The notes: generated by a model not told the origin, from the sequence alone. A DNA stretch of 64,000 nt from Selaginella moellendorffii (GCF_000143415.4 NW_003314266.1:1262463-1326462), one strand, 5' to 3'; shown: positions 11,328 to 24,951, counted from the first letter of the stretch. Numbers and translations are program-made.

Positions 11328-12806
11328 ATGAAAATCTTCGTGTTGATCCTCTTCGCCACCTTGCTCTCGCTGCGCCAATCCCACGAGTTAGAAGGCGGTC
11401 ACAAAGAACACAACGAGCTCATCACCTTTACCCCCGGGCATTTTAAAATTTTATCTTTCCCGCCATTCGCATCGCGTGCCACTGCCCCGGCGGCTGCAAA
11501 TCCGCGCCCCCAGCGCCAAGATCACGAGCTTCAAGAAAACGAGGAGGAGCTCGCCATCGAGATCCTCCACCGGAGCTCCCGGCGCAATGGCGATCCCCAT
11601 CATCACGATCCTCTCCACGACATCCACGCCGCAATGGAGCGGGACGAGGCTCGCCTCCGCTGGATCCACCACCGCATCCAGTCGAGCGATCATCGCCACC
11701 GCCGCGGACGATCGCTCCTCCAGACCGCCCAGGTCTCCTCGGGATTGAGCCTGGGCAGCGGCGAATACTTCGCGAGGATGGGAATTGGAAGCCCGCAGAG
11801 ATCCTACTACCTGGAGCTCGACACCGGCAGCGATGTCACCTGGATCCAGTGCGCGCCCTGTTCTTCCTGCTACTCTCAGGTCGATCCAATCTACGATCCC
11901 TCCAATTCGTCGAGCTACCGCCGCGTCTACTGCGGCTCGGCGCTGTGCCAGGCGCTGGATTACAGCGCCTGCCAAGGCATGGGATGTAGCTACCGCGTCG
12001 TCTATGGCGATAGCTCCGCTAGCAGCGGCGATCTTGGCATAGAATCCTTCTACCTGGGGCCGAATTCCAGCACCGCGATGCGAAATATCGCGTTTGGATG
12101 CGGCCATAGCAACTCGGGCCTCTTCCGCGGCGAGGCGGGGCTCCTGGGGATGGGCGGCGGCACGCTCTCCTTCTTCTCCCAGATCGCGGCCTCCATCGGC
12201 CCCGCATTCTCCTATTGCCTGGTGGATCGCTACAGCCAGCTCCAATCGCGCTCGTCGCCGCTCATCTTCGGGCGCACCGCCATACCCTTCGCCGCCAGAT
12301 TCACGCCGCTGCTCAAGAACCCTAGAATCGACACGTTCTACTACGCCATCCTCACTGGGATCAGCGTCGGCGGTACCGCGCTGCCCATACCGCCCGCGCA
12401 GTTTGCGCTCACGGGCAACGGCACCGGCGGCGCCATCCTCGACTCGGGCACCTCCGTGACGCGCGTCGTGCCGGCGGCCTACGCCGTGCTGCGCGACGCG
12501 TACCGCGCGGCGTCGCGGAACCTACCGCCGGCGCCCGGGGTCTACCTGCTCGACACGTGTTTCAATTTCCAGGGGTTGCCGACGGTCCAGATCCCATCGC
12601 TGGTGCTCCACTTCGACAATGACGTGGACATGGTGCTGCCCGGCGGGAATATTCTCATCCCGGTGGATCGCTCCGGGACGTTTTGCCTGGCTTTCGCGCC
12701 GTCTTCCATGCCCATCTCGGTCATTGGCAACGTCCAGCAGCAGACCTTTCGAATTGGGTTTGATTTGCAAAGATCTCTCATCGCCATAGCTCCAAGAGAG
12801 TGCTAA
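11328..12806 (+). CDS. Secreted nepenthesin/ASPG-type aspartic protease, single exon
   Basis: Signal peptide, SGLSLGSGEYF, both catalytic motifs DTGS and DSGT, IGNVQQQ. Confidence 0.96.
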   Translation: MKIFVLILFATLLSLRQSHELEGGHKEHNELITFTPGHFKILSFPPFASRATAPAAANPRPQRQDHELQENEEELAIEILHRSSRRNGDPHHHDPLHDIHAAMERDEARLRWIHHRIQSSDHRHRRGRSLLQTAQVSSGLSLGSGEYFARMGIGSPQRSYYLELDTGSDVTWIQCAPCSSCYSQVDPIYDPSNSSSYRRVYCGSALCQALDYSACQGMGCSYRVVYGDSSASSGDLGIESFYLGPNSSTAMRNIAFGCGHSNSGLFRGEAGLLGMGGGTLSFFSQIAASIGPAFSYCLVDRYSQLQSRSSPLIFGRTAIPFAARFTPLLKNPRIDTFYYAILTGISVGGTALPIPPAQFALTGNGTGGAILDSGTSVTRVVPAAYAVLRDAYRAASRNLPPAPGVYLLDTCFNFQGLPTVQIPSLVLHFDNDVDMVLPGGNILIPVDRSGTFCLAFAPSSMPISVIGNVQQQTFRIGFDLQRSLIAIAPREC

Positions 12807-13142
12807 AGTATTCTTCTCAGATGAGATTCATGATTTGCAAAGATCTCTCATCGCCATAGCTCAAAGAGAGTGCTAAGTATACTTCATGATAAAAACTAGA
12901 TTCTTCGATAGCTTTTGATTTGATCGAGCTCTCGAAATTCCGAGGCTTGCTTTGTTTGCTCGCTCAGCTTCCAAGGAAGCTTTTTAATCTGTGCTTCACA
13001 AACAATAAAACTTTGAGACGAAAAGAATGGCTCTATAGTACACTATAATCTCGCTCGCCTTTTCTTTCGTATCTCGCCTGTATTGCTTCTTTTGGAGTGT
13101 AAAACCTGTCCTTACTGTGGGGCTCTCGAGGAGAGAGCTCGA

Positions 13143-15143
13143 TCACGTCGAAGGAAGCCATTGCGTGCCATCGACAAAGCTGAGCGAAAGAAATGGAGTT
13201 ACCTCCATGTCTGAGAGCTCGCGAGCCCACGGCACTCTCAGCGAAGAAGTGGCTCCGGGACCATAGCATTTGTATTGTCCAAACGAGACAGTTCTACAGA
13301 AGAGGAAGTTAAGATTTTTACAAAAAAGAAGAGAAAGATCCTCTTTTTACCTGTCTCTGGATGCGTCGTGATCCCAATCGTCCCAGCCACGTACATCGAT
13401 TATATTGTCGAAGTAGCTGTTCGAGTAGACAATGCGGGAGTACGGTCCCATTGCTCGTCCGAGATACAAAATCCCGGTTCCGGTAACTTTGCAGTTGACG
13501 AACGAGAATCCTGTGTTTTCCGTTTGGCTCTGCCGATCTTGTGCTGCTACGGAGCCGTAAGAATCCGCTATGGAGTGAAGCTCGCATTGCTGCAGCACTC
13601 CCGGCATTAAAAAACACGGAAAGGAAGGCGGAAAGTTTTGATGCTCACCTCGTAGAGCGAGCGGCCATTGCCAAAGATGAAATCGATGGAGCCTTGGATG
13701 AAGCAACCTTTGAAGTAGTGGCGTCCGACATCGTCGCAGAGCGTGTCCTGCGCGCCGTAAAAGCCACAGTTGTAGAATGCAGCCATGTCGCCAGAGATCC
13801 GGAAAGCCGCTGCTTGACGTCCATTGACACCGGGTGGTGGTGGAGGTGCAGTGTTCTATCACAAGAACAAAAAAAAAACCATTTTTGTGTGAGCCAAGAG
13901 CTTATAAATCGATTGACAGATAGAAACCACGCAAAGGTCACGCACACGCAAACACGCACACACAATTCACGCACAAAGAAAAGGAGACAAAAAAGAGTGG
14001 AAGTACCTGAAAACTGATGTCTCTGGCTATGAAATTCGCCCCTACGATCGTCACTGACGCGGTTCTATAGGCCGTAAGCGGCTGTCCATCGGGGCCGAGG
14101 TCGCTGGCGGTGGAATTCCAGACGATGAGGCTACGATCAATCCCAGCGCCCTGGAAAGTTAAGAACGGCTTCGTAGCTGGAACCACCACTTTCTCCCTGG
14201 AACCGAAAAAACAAACCCACAGACAATGAGACGCCTGGAAGAAGCAAAGGGGAAGAAACAAAGGCAAGAAAATGATAAGAAAGAATGTCTCATCAGATCA
14301 TCACGAGAAGAGCGCCATGGCTGGAAGAGAGAAAGAAAAGAAAATTCTCTTCTCTACTGGCCATACTGACCGCCCTATCTGACTGACGGTCACGGAGATG
14401 CGGAGATTCGCGCGAATAAACCGGCAGCGCGAAGATGCCGCCCAAGATTCGCCGTTTGAAGATCCTTGCGACGATGGTGATCGATCGTTTTGCCCGCAAT
14501 TGGAGCTGCGGGAAGCGGCCGATCGCGGTGCATTGCGCGTGACATCGACGCAAGGGATCGTTGGCGCTTGGATTTTGCGGCGGGGTGTGCTTTGCATCGA
14601 TGCCAAAATTTCTTCCCCGTTTCATGGAAATATTCTACGCTGCCGTGCGAAATCTGGGACCCGTGAGCGCCAAGAATCGGCAAGAATGGATCGCTGGCGG
14701 GAATTATCGGCCAAGATTGTCACTGGGATCGCGAGAAGTCGTTGAGATTGATCGATCGAGGCAAGAAGAGGAAATTCCCAAGAACAGAGCAATCGAGGAG
14801 GAAGAAAGAAAGAGAGCGAGAGCCAGGGAGGAGAGAATGCTGATCCTTACCAGTAGATTCCCGGACCAATTCGTATCGTCACTCTCTGATCGTTCCCGTC
14901 CGGGATCGCGTTCACTGCGTCCTGGACAGTCACGAAATCGCCATTCCCGCTCTGATCCACGACGAGAATCCGCGCGGCCAGATGCCCCTCGGTGCTGAAG
15001 GATTGGAGGAGATTTCTCGTCGCCGCGGCGCCGCGAGGATGCGAAAGGATTAAGGTTGACAAGACGAGAATGGAGATGCGTCGCGAGCCGCGAGAGAGGA
15101 GGAACAAGGCGGCGAGGAAGGAGGAGGCATCCCTGGCAGCCAT
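13143..15143 (-). CDS. PME: Pectin methylesterase 2 (type II)
   Basis: Exons 15143-14851, 14196-14007, 13855-13649, 13589-13351, 13293-13143. Motifs GIYWEK, QDTLCDD, IDFIFG, LGRAM. Confidence 0.95.
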
Positions 15144-17003
15144 GGCCGGAGCTATGGGCCGGAGCTATCGGCTAGGTGGGAAAGAATTTTGGGAGAGGAG
15201 GGAAAGAAAGAATGGAAAAATGCCGCGCTTGTTATAGCCGGTTAGGTTTAAACCCATTGTTTATAGGCCTAAAAGGTTGACAGAAAACGTACGAGTTTGT
15301 ATTTTTCCCATGAATTTTTTTCTTCCACTAATACGCCAACTTTGACTAATTATTTTCAAAATCATACCTGTTTGTATCGATCAGAAAGAAAAGTTTCTCT
15401 TATCTGATATGGAGAAACCATGTCGTTCTATTGGAATTGTGTGGATTGAGAACGACCCAAAGGCAAAGCTAGAAAAGCTTCACCAGGACTTTCCTTAAGT
15501 ACGATGATTCAAAGATTCTCGTCTCGGGCTTCTAGTGAGTGTTTGTTCGAACTTAAAAGGCGGTGGAAAGCCAAAAAAGGAGAGAGCGAGAGGGGAATAT
15601 ACGGCGGCACGAAAACAACGCTACTACACATTGAAAACTCCCCAAAAAAACTCACCGAAGAAAGAGGGAGGGAAAAGAGCGATGTAAGTAATGTGGATTG
15701 CTACGCCACCTCCCTTGAAGCTCAAAACGTGAGGATTTTAATAGATCTCGGCGTCACGGGAGGGCCATGCGAGCAAAAGCTCTTTCCTTTTTTATTTTCC
15801 ACCCATCTTGACAAGTTGATCGAGCGAGAGAGACAGCCTGTGTTTGCTGCAAACGAAAGAGAGCTTTGCTTGATGGATCTTTCCGAAAGTTTTTCTCTCT
15901 CTTTTTTTTTTGCTCTCTCTTTCTCTTCTTGCTTACCTGATGAAATGGAGGCATAGAAAATGGCTGGGCACGCGAAATTATTGTACCTGATTGCTTGCAA
16001 AGATCAGGAGTTTAATGCTCGGAAAAAGAAAAGAATACCTCAAGAAAAGGAGCCTTCGCTATCAACACAGATTGTGCTGTGCTCCCTTGGCAGCAGCAAC
16101 TGGTTGAGTGCTGCGTTCCCTCACAAATGCCATGCAGAAGAAGCTGAAAACAATAACTATAATGAACAGAGACATCAGAATCAAATATGTAGCAGCAAGC
16201 AAAACCAAAAAAAAAAACAAAAACGAAAACGAAAAAAATAAAATAAACAAACTCAAAGAACGAAGTAAAAAAAGGAAGGAAAGAAGAACGAACCACGAAC
16301 CGCTCGTCAAAGCTTGGTTGTTGGATCCATAAATGTTCACTGCTTTCACGGAATGTCGTCCATGGACCATTAACTCTGAGTGGTTGCACCGCGTAACTCG
16401 CTTACTGTCCACCGGTCTATGTACTTTGTAGTCGCTCTTCTTTGGATCCCACAGGCACCGCTGCCGAAGAAGGCATCGCCCGGACGAAATAAATGCCCGC
16501 CCGTCTGGAGAAGACGACGTCTCTCACAAAGTTTCACTGGAATTTCTATTCCATCGACATCGAAGCAAATCTCCGCCGTGCAGACGGATTTGTATCTCTC
16601 ACTGCTGACTGCAACCAAGATAAGCAAGCTTCTAGCACGAGATTTAAAGACTTCGCTTGCTGGCAAACTTTCACGGTACCTGGATCAACCAAGTTGCAAG
16701 TAATCTGATTTTCCAGCTCGAAAAATGCACGGAGCCCTGTGGATTGGAATCGGATATGAATAGGATACTTACGAGAGTTCGCTGTGGATGCAGAAAGAGT
16801 AAATCAGCCGAACAGATTGGAAGATACTACAGGCCCAGGCATTAGAAAAGTAAGAAAATGTCGCAAACTATGACAAGCAATCGTGCGCAAAGCAGCAAAT
16901 GCTTTTCCTTCAACTATAAATTATATACACGTCCAGCTCTGTCTACAAAGACAACTGAAGTGAGACTTTGCTACGAGATTAAAATTCAAAATACCGTACC
17001 TCT

Positions 17004-18317
17004 CTAAGTTGGGAGCCACTGAGAGCCATCAATGAAGCTTGGATCTAGAAAAGGTTGTGCCTGTCCCGGTGTGAGCTCGTGAGACCACGCTACACGTCCT
17101 GCATGATTCGCTCCTGGTCCCGAGCACTTGTACTGCCCAAAAAACACAGTGCTGAGGGGCAAGCAATTTATCAGAATCGAGAAAACTGGAGAGGAACAAC
17201 TTACTGCTCTTTATTGGGGTCTCCCCAGTTGTCCCAACCCTCCGGGACAACTATGTTATCCATGTACGTAAATGCATAAACAACCCGAGAGAAGTCACCC
17301 CAAGCTCGTCCTAGAAAGATTGTTCCAGAACCGGTGACCCTGCAGTTCACAAAAGAAAAACCAGTTCGTTCGCTTTGGTTGGTTCGCTTTTGGGCTGCTA
17401 ATGCACCAATTCCACCACAATTCTCAGCAGCAGCGTGTAGATGAGATTTCTGAAAAAAGCGGGTTGAGAAAATTGCTCGAGAACAACAGTAACACTTACG
17501 TAGTAATATGAATGGCCATCTCCGAATATGAAATCTATAGATCCCTCAATGTAGCACTCTCTGAAGTAGTGACGGCCACTGTGATCGTATAGAGTGTCTT
17601 GGGATCCCAAGAAATGACAACCATAAAAAGCAGCTGTGTCACCAGAAATTCTAAGAGCAACAGCTTGTTTCCCGGGTGCTCCAGGAAAAAACACAGCAGA
17701 ATTCTGCAAAATCCGAAGCCATGAAAGATCGAGCCATGAACACGACGATTACCTTAAACGTAATGTTCTTAGCAATGAAAAACGACGCGTAAATCCCAAC
17801 TGTTGCACTCTCAAAGGTTCCCAACGGCTGTCCGCCAGGACCAGGACTGCTTGCTGTATCATTCCAGTCGATGATGGTAAGCCACGCTCCACAGCCCTGA
17901 AGTGTAATGTAAGGCTTCGTTATTGGAACCGTAACTTTTTCTCTGGATACAAATGAAATTGAGAATCGAAAGCAACAACTGAAAGAAATATCACCTGTAG
18001 TAGCCGGGATTGATTTGGATGACAATGCGCTCGCCATTGTAGTCAGGTATAGAGTTCAAAGCCGCTTGAACCGTCGTGTAGTCACCCTCCCCAATTGTCT
18101 TGCTCACCACAATCGTCCTCGCAACTTTGATCCTGTTCCCAGCTGTCTTTCCGAACATGGAATGCTTGAGGGAACCAATCCAGTTCACCCAGCTGACAAA
18201 ATCCTTTTCCATTCTCTGCAATGCAGGGCTCGAATCAGTCGCAAGGACTTGAGCTTCACTAGGAACGAGAAACGAGCCAAGCAACAGGACAACTAAAACA
18301 TTAAACTTTGCAGACAT
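17004..18317 (-). CDS. PME: Pectin methylesterase 3 (type II, N-terminus resembles the PME53 clade)
   Basis: Five exons starting at 18317, 17942, 17703, 17449 and 17151. Motifs [43 protein letters not shown]. Confidence 0.95.
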
Positions 18318-18950
18318 TGTTCTCTCACTCGTTCACAGGCAAAAGAAGCACGAGGTGGCAAAACTAGACGACATATCTCCGATGTAACTAGCAAACTGGA
18401 GATATAAGAGGACATGACTGCAAGCACCAGAACACTTGAAGATGATCTAGCAACTTAACAACGCAAGACGTGAAAGAGACAGACAAGCATGCTAATCTGG
18501 TCTCCACTACTAGGAAGCTCGATTAAACAATACAAGCAAATCATAGAGGAACTCACGAGCGTGGCCTGATGATGCACTGAAAATCACCGTACATAGCTTC
18601 TTCTGATGATTCTTCCTGCATTCATCCATAGCTTTCGTCACAAACAACCAAAAAAGAGAATTGCCAAAACCTTCGGCATCTTCTGTAAAGCTCCAGCCCT
18701 CTTTCTTTGCCTGACAGTGTCGGCACCACTCCTCGCGTCACGATCCAACGATCTGTGACCGAAGAAAAAGCAAGAAATTCCCCTAGATCAAACCTGCGGC
18801 AATCGATCGCTCCTGACAACCATTCACTTTCACTGCGCAGCGCACATCGCCGCATTTCCCTTTCAATCGAACAAGCACTGGCGCCTTCGATCGCTCCTCG
18901 TGCATTGCTCCTCCCACTAGCCCTAGCCTATCCTAGAGGACAAGATATCA

Positions 18951-18952
<2 letters not shown>

Positions 18953-18993
<41 letters not shown>
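18953..18993. repeat. (GA)n microsatellite
   Basis: Perfect GA run. Confidence 0.95.
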
Positions 18994-18999
<6 letters not shown>

Positions 19000-19217
19000 T
19001 TAGATGATGATCGTCATTATATATGACCGGCTCTATGTTCTTCAGCCGGTTATTCCCTGTCTGTACAAGCGAAAAGAATTCTCATCCTAGAAACCATGGA
19101 AACGAAAGAAAGAGAGAAAGAAAAAATTTCTCCTGACCACTATGAACACCGTAGTAGCTCCTCGCTCGTTTTATTTCCACCACCACCACCACCACCACCA
19201 CCAATCGATCCCTTTCA

Positions 19218-20570
19218 TCAGCTCGATTCGATCGCCCTGTTCTTCCTGCTACCGCTCAAGCCGCTCGTCAAACCATAGTAGCTCTCGTACCACTTGACGA
19301 ACTTCTTGAGCCCCGTGTAGAGATCCGTGCTGGGATTGTAGCGCAGCTCGTTCCTCGCCAGAGTCACATTCGCGTGAGTGAATGGAACGTCCCCGTTTCT
19401 CGGCATCTTGACGAAGTTCTTCTTCGCTTTCACCTTGAGATGCTTCTCCAGGATGCTAACCAGCTCGGGGACCGTCACCGGGGACGTGTTGCCCAAGTTG
19501 TAGACTCGGAGCTGAGCCGGGCCTCGTTTCTTCCCGCCTGTTCCAGTGCTGAGAAGCGCCGTGTCCAGAGCACCCAAGCACCCCTTGACAATGTCGTCGA
19601 TGTACGTGAAGTCGCGGGCGAGGTCGGTTTGATCCGGTCCTTGGTAGATGTTGATCGGCTTTCCCTGTAAGATGTCCTTGGTGAAGGAGAAGTAAGCCAT
19701 GTCCGGGCGTCCGTAAGGTCCATAAACCGTGAAGAACCTCAAACCGGTGATGGAGAGCCCGTATATGTGGTTGTAGCTGTGAGCGATGGCTTCGCCAGCT
19801 TTCTTCGTCGCGGCGTACAAGCTCGCCGGCTGGTCGGTCCTGTCCACCTCGGAGAACGGAACCTTGGAGTTGAGCCCATAGACGGAGCTCGACGAGGCCC
19901 AGACGATCGAAGGCTGTGGATTGGCCGACTTGCAAGCTTCAAACAGTGTCACCAGTCCAGCGATATTGGAGTTGACATACGAGGCCGGGTTTTGCATGGC
20001 GTATCTGACACCCGCCTGCGCCGCCAGGTGCATGACATGAGTGAACGGAACCATGCTGAAGAGCTTGGCGAGGAGCTCCGAGTTGTTCACGTCCCCGTCG
20101 ACGATGAAGACCGACTGCTTCTCCAGAAGTTCCTGCCTTGCTCGCTTGAGTGAAGGGTCGTAGTAGCTGTTGAAGTTGTCCAGTCCGACCACACCGTCAC
20201 CCCGTTTCTTGAGAGCCAGCGATACGTGAGTGCCGACGAAGCCAGCAGCGCCTGTGACTAAAACTACCATCCCGTTTTCTCTCTTGGTCCGAGCAGAGTG
20301 TCTGACTTGCTTCTCCCATTTCGATCCCCCCCAAGCTAAGGCCCTGTTCCCAAAGTGCCTGGATTCCAATCCTGTTTGGACTGCCGGTGGAGCCGATATG
20401 TGGAAGAACGCGTAGAACATAAGCGCTACCGAAACAAACATCCAGAAGAAATACCTCCCCGACCCGGAAGAATGCCATCTGTTGGAAACTCGTCCAAAGT
20501 AGTTGTTTCTCTCCATCTTCACCTTGCCTGGCGTCGAGGGAAAAACATCTTGCATCGCTGACGGTGGCAT
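19218..20570 (-). CDS. GAE: UDP-D-glucuronate 4-epimerase (Golgi type II membrane protein), single exon, 450 aa
   Basis: ATG at 20570. PSTPGK N-terminus, TM helix, GAAGFVG, HLAAQAGVRYA, YAATKK, RFFTVYGP. Confidence 0.97.
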   Translation of the reverse strand: MPPSAMQDVFPSTPGKVKMERNNYFGRVSNRWHSSGSGRYFFWMFVSVALMFYAFFHISAPPAVQTGLESRHFGNRALAWGGSKWEKQVRHSARTKRENGMVVLVTGAAGFVGTHVSLALKKRGDGVVGLDNFNSYYDPSLKRARQELLEKQSVFIVDGDVNNSELLAKLFSMVPFTHVMHLAAQAGVRYAMQNPASYVNSNIAGLVTLFEACKSANPQPSIVWASSSSVYGLNSKVPFSEVDRTDQPASLYAATKKAGEAIAHSYNHIYGLSITGLRFFTVYGPYGRPDMAYFSFTKDILQGKPINIYQGPDQTDLARDFTYIDDIVKGCLGALDTALLSTGTGGKKRGPAQLRVYNLGNTSPVTVPELVSILEKHLKVKAKKNFVKMPRNGDVPFTHANVTLARNELRYNPSTDLYTGLKKFVKWYESYYGLTSGLSGSRKNRAIESS

Positions 20571-22269
20571 CTCGGAGTCTCTTTGAAAAGAATTCTTCCG
20601 CGTCTCGTCAGTGAGAAGAGCGCGGCAGCTCGATTGTTTCGCAAGCTGCGTTGGAACGAGTAACACATGGTTAGACAAATACGAGAAAACGAATTCAATA
20701 GACAGAGCCTACATTTGAGGAGAAGTCCGCGACAAGCAAAGTTTAGACAATTCTAGGATGCTCGCAGCATTCATCGCCCAAGATGCCGGAGGAGCTTACA
20801 ATCCACTCTATGCAAAGCTAAAAAAAGAAGAGCAAATAGGAAAGCAAGCCCTCAACCCTTTAATTCCCCGAAATAATCTTCCAGCCAGCAAATTTCTGCT
20901 CTACTCACGAATCACACCAGCATTTCCTTCCGGCTGAGAGGAATCCAGCGCTCCCGAAGAACATCTGCTTCCTCCAGCCGGAATCAAGCCCGAAATCCAC
21001 GACTCCACACAAGAATCCGCAAGATAGCAGGAAGAGAGATAGAATCACTGACCCTGAGACGGCAAATCCGGGCGCTGCGCCAAGCGAGTCCGCATTGCCG
21101 CGCGCGCGGTCGAGAATTTTGGCGCAAGCGGTATTTCTTGAAGCCGCACACGTGAATCTCCGGTGGCGATGGCGGCGTGCAATGCTATCCCTTTATGCCG
21201 TAGAATATTCGTCCTTTCTCGCGGCCGTCGATATGTTAGGGATCGAACGGCCTCCAGCGCACACGCCAGCTGGCGTGAGTGTAGCCGTCGGTGGCAAACA
21301 CCGTTGATAAGGACGGTTGGATAAAGCAGACCGTTATCACAGTGATAAACAAACAGAGCGAGCCACCTTTTAATTTCGTTTTTGTGAATGGATATGGCCT
21401 ATCAAATGCATCCAACAAGACGACATTTTCTTGGTAGCATCAATTTTCTGGAGATTGTCACTGAAGTGTACTGCCATAGAGAGATCTTCCTTTTACATTA
21501 CATTTTATTCAAAGTTAAGTTTTTTTAATGATATTTTACCTTTATACTACTAGGTGTAATAATATTAATGTCTAAATGTGGTCAACGAGCTCATCATACC
21601 TGTTTAAATATATATTTGGGCTAAAATTGAATACTTAGAATGGTAATTAATCTTAAAGTTGCTAGGATTTAGGGCTTTTAGGGCTTTGTGATCAACAATA
21701 ACGAAATTTAAGAATCTTCAAGGTAAATAGATGTTCTCTATATTATGGTGCACTATACAATATAGCTCACACCAAACTTGGGATATTTATGGTGAAAGCT
21801 TGTAATTGATATTTTATAAATTAAAATTTTTACATTTTGAAGCTTCTGTCAATTTTAAGGTCTTATAAAATATTTCCAAGATGTGTAGACAATAAAAAAT
21901 GTCACTTTTAAGTAGCCTTACTAATATAAAAATGGAGTCTAGACTTATTCTTCAATCAAAATTCTTGTACTAATAAAACATTTATGCCATAGTGGCTATT
22001 TCTTTAATTTACTAAGGCAAATTTGAATTTAAAATGAAGCTAAAAATAAAAAATTAAATTCTCTCTCTTCTCTCTCTCTCTTTATATATAGTGAATATAG
22101 AAATGGTTTACAACATTGTGCATATTCAATTAGCTCAAAACCCTAAATGATATAAAAGAGTAAATGGTTCATATTGATGAAATCAATTTAATAGCTACCA
22201 AATCCCACTACACTAATATTAATATTTAATATCATAGTTGTACAGTTAGACTGCATATAATCCTCTAGG

Positions 22270-22561
22270 GGGTTACTATGTCTTACAAAAATGGACATAT
22301 ATAATTTCAGTTTTAAGGGTAAGAATATACCATACTCAAAAGTATATTATATTTTAAATAACTATTAATTAATAGAAATTGAACCCATTTCATTTGCTCT
22401 AATACCATATGTAACACTTTTGATCTTTTTTGCCTTAACTTAACTAAAAAAAAAGGCAATTGTTTGATAAAAGAGCTTTTAATAGCTATTTTATTCCTAT
22501 TTATCCCCTAAAATTTTAATGACAGTATATCTAAATCTTATCATATGATTACTATGCTATA
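22270..22561 (-). mobile_element. TRIM copy (5' LTR, PBS, part of internal region)
   Basis: LTR at 22410-22561; GCTCTAATACCA is the reverse complement of a tRNA-iMet PBS; internal part aligns with 30170-30300. Confidence 0.8.
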
Positions 22562-23909
22562 AGTAAACTCCACTCAAATCTATGGAAAAATGCACATCAA
22601 ATATTAATATTAGGACCTAGCATCAATAACTCATAGGAATCATAAATGTAAACTTAACTTAGTTGGCAATATTGGATTATAATTATATAAGAGTTTATAT
22701 AGTGAAGCACTAACAAAACTTTATACCCTAATGATATATGTATACCAAAGAGATAGCATCTTAATCCAAATACTGAAAGTTCACATATTTAACAATTATC
22801 CATTTGAAAGTCTGAATGAACTATTTCATTAAACCATCTATTTGTGGATGATAAACACTCATAAATCCTTAACTAAGACATTAAGACATGAAGTACCTCA
22901 ACTATAAATACAGAACTATCATCTGAGAGAATCCACTTTATATAAGATTGATGGAATACCATTTAATTGAGGAAGAAGTATTTAATAGTAGTCACAGATG
23001 CACTAGCAAAAGTATTAACTTCCACCCAACAAGTTAAATTATCAAAAATAATAATAATGTATCATTGCTAGCAGTCAGCTATGAAAAAAAACCCATTAAG
23101 TCAAATGTTATTAACTCAAATTGATAGGAAATTGTAATTGATTCCAACAATCCTTTTATAACATAAGGGGGAGTATAACAAGTTTGGCATTAAATTTAAC
23201 TATGCACATACTAAATAATATTGCATTATATCTCTAACTAATAAAAAGACTTATGCAACTTCTCAAGCATCCTATATGCCCGTTTAGAATAGGGGAGTCA
23301 TGGTAGGTATAAAGAAAGTATAAAATAAAGATTGAAAGCACTATTAGTTATAAATGATCATCAAAATCAATCTCTATAAAATAAAAAAAATCATTCTCAA
23401 AGCGATATTGAAAATATAAATGCAGAAACGAGAAGTTATTAGCAAGTGATACAAGATTTTTAAACCCATAATGAAGCCTTCAAACACAGAGCTCAAATTT
23501 TTGATCTTCATAAACTTCGTCAAGAGAAGGTCAATTTTAGTCCATATCTTGTGGATACTAAATATTAAGTACAACTATCAATAGCAAAAAAACTTTATTC
23601 ATTGATGCTAGAATAATATGTTTGTTAAGAATAAAAGAATAGAGTGAAAAAAGGAAAAGGAGCTCAAAAAAGAGCATCAACATTAACTATAAAACTCCTT
23701 AAGCCATTGAAAAAACCTTAAAATCACACATTTGAAACTTTGTAGCCTACTAAGCAGTATAACCAACCAAATTCTTTCACTTCAATAATGAAATAATTGC
23801 AATATGATAACTTACTAGTAATATCCAAGTGCTATGCAAATATGCATGAAGTTTTTCAAAGCCCCAAACTATTACTAAATACTCTTTCTTTATTGTGAAG
23901 TAATTCACC

Positions 23910-24205
23910 TATAACGTTTGTGATCATAAAATGAGATTTGGATATATTATCACTATAGATCCTTATAACTTTGGGGGATAAATGAGGATAAAATAACCAC
24001 TAAAGGCTCTCTTATTAAACAATTACCCCTTTTTTAGTTAGCTTAAGGGGAGAGAAATAGAGTCTGTTACATGTGATATCAGAGCAAATGGCATGGGTTC
24101 AATTCCCATTGATTAATGGCTACTTAAAATACAATATACCTTTGAGCAAAGTATATTCCTACCCCTATCCACTATGAAACTGCATTACAGATGGATGACT
24201 AAATT
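23910..24205 (+). mobile_element. TRIM copy (5' LTR, PBS, part of internal region)
   Basis: 162-bp LTR at 23910-24071 followed by TGATATCAGAGC; aligns with 30008-30375. Confidence 0.85.
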
Positions 24206-24951
24206 CAATGCAGACATAAAGGTGAAAGAGATAGAGTTCACTAGGCACACTCGTGCTCTCTTGCATCAACACACCCTCGAGACTGATTTTAAAAGCATCC
24301 ACATACAAAATGAAAAGTCAAGTGTAGTTAAAATACACTAAAACTAAAGGAATCTATAAGCAAGTAAATTTTTCATTTTATTTTAATCACTTAACCACAC
24401 TTTCGACCATTTAGAAGAGTTTCCCTCATAATCTCTATATATCCTCATCTCAACTTAGGGTACTTATTAGCCTTTAGAAGTGATCTCAAAGCTATGTTGT
24501 TTGGTTCAAGTGCTTCACGTGCTTAATCCCACTTTAAACATCTAAAGGTATAACTGAAGTACTAACCTCTTACACTAAGGCCATATTCATTTTTATTGTT
24601 TCATTAGTAGTTGAAAACCACTTCTTATCTCTCCAAAATTGGGCTATCTGTCCATGAGTGATTATTCTATAACCACACTATAACATCCTTAAGATGCTGA
24701 AACACCATCCCCCACTATACCTTTTTCGATTCTCACCAAATCCCTTTCCATCCACAATAGTGCTTACCAATACTGTTACTAGGTCAAAGCTTGAAAGCCC
24801 ATCTTAATAACCTTTGGGACTTCCCACTATGTATGATTAGTAAATAAGAAGACCATTTTTCTTCCTTTTCACAAGAAAAAACTTTAAGATGACATTTTGA
24901 AACACCATAACCTAACATAAGCTTGTGGGTATTTTCCCCACATTCTACCAT

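Larger units (their letters stand above)
22090..24290 (-). mobile_element. Gypsy copy 3, heavily decayed fragment (3' LTR, integrase, RNase H), interrupted by two TRIMs
   Basis: ~22090-22257 aligns to the LTR reverse complement; 22562-23909 and ~24205-24290 align to copy 2 (~35050-36520); ORF 23374-23574 is homologous to ORF 35801-36118. Confidence 0.85.

Noticed and set aside
15240-16900. ORFs and scattered splice-like sites between PME2 and PME3
   Set aside because: Low-complexity, with no consistent exon chain or motif; treated as promoter and UTR.
20571-20678. 36-aa N-terminal extension of GAE in the ORF track
   Set aside because: It starts at TTG; the ATG at 20570 precedes the conserved PSTPGK N-terminus.
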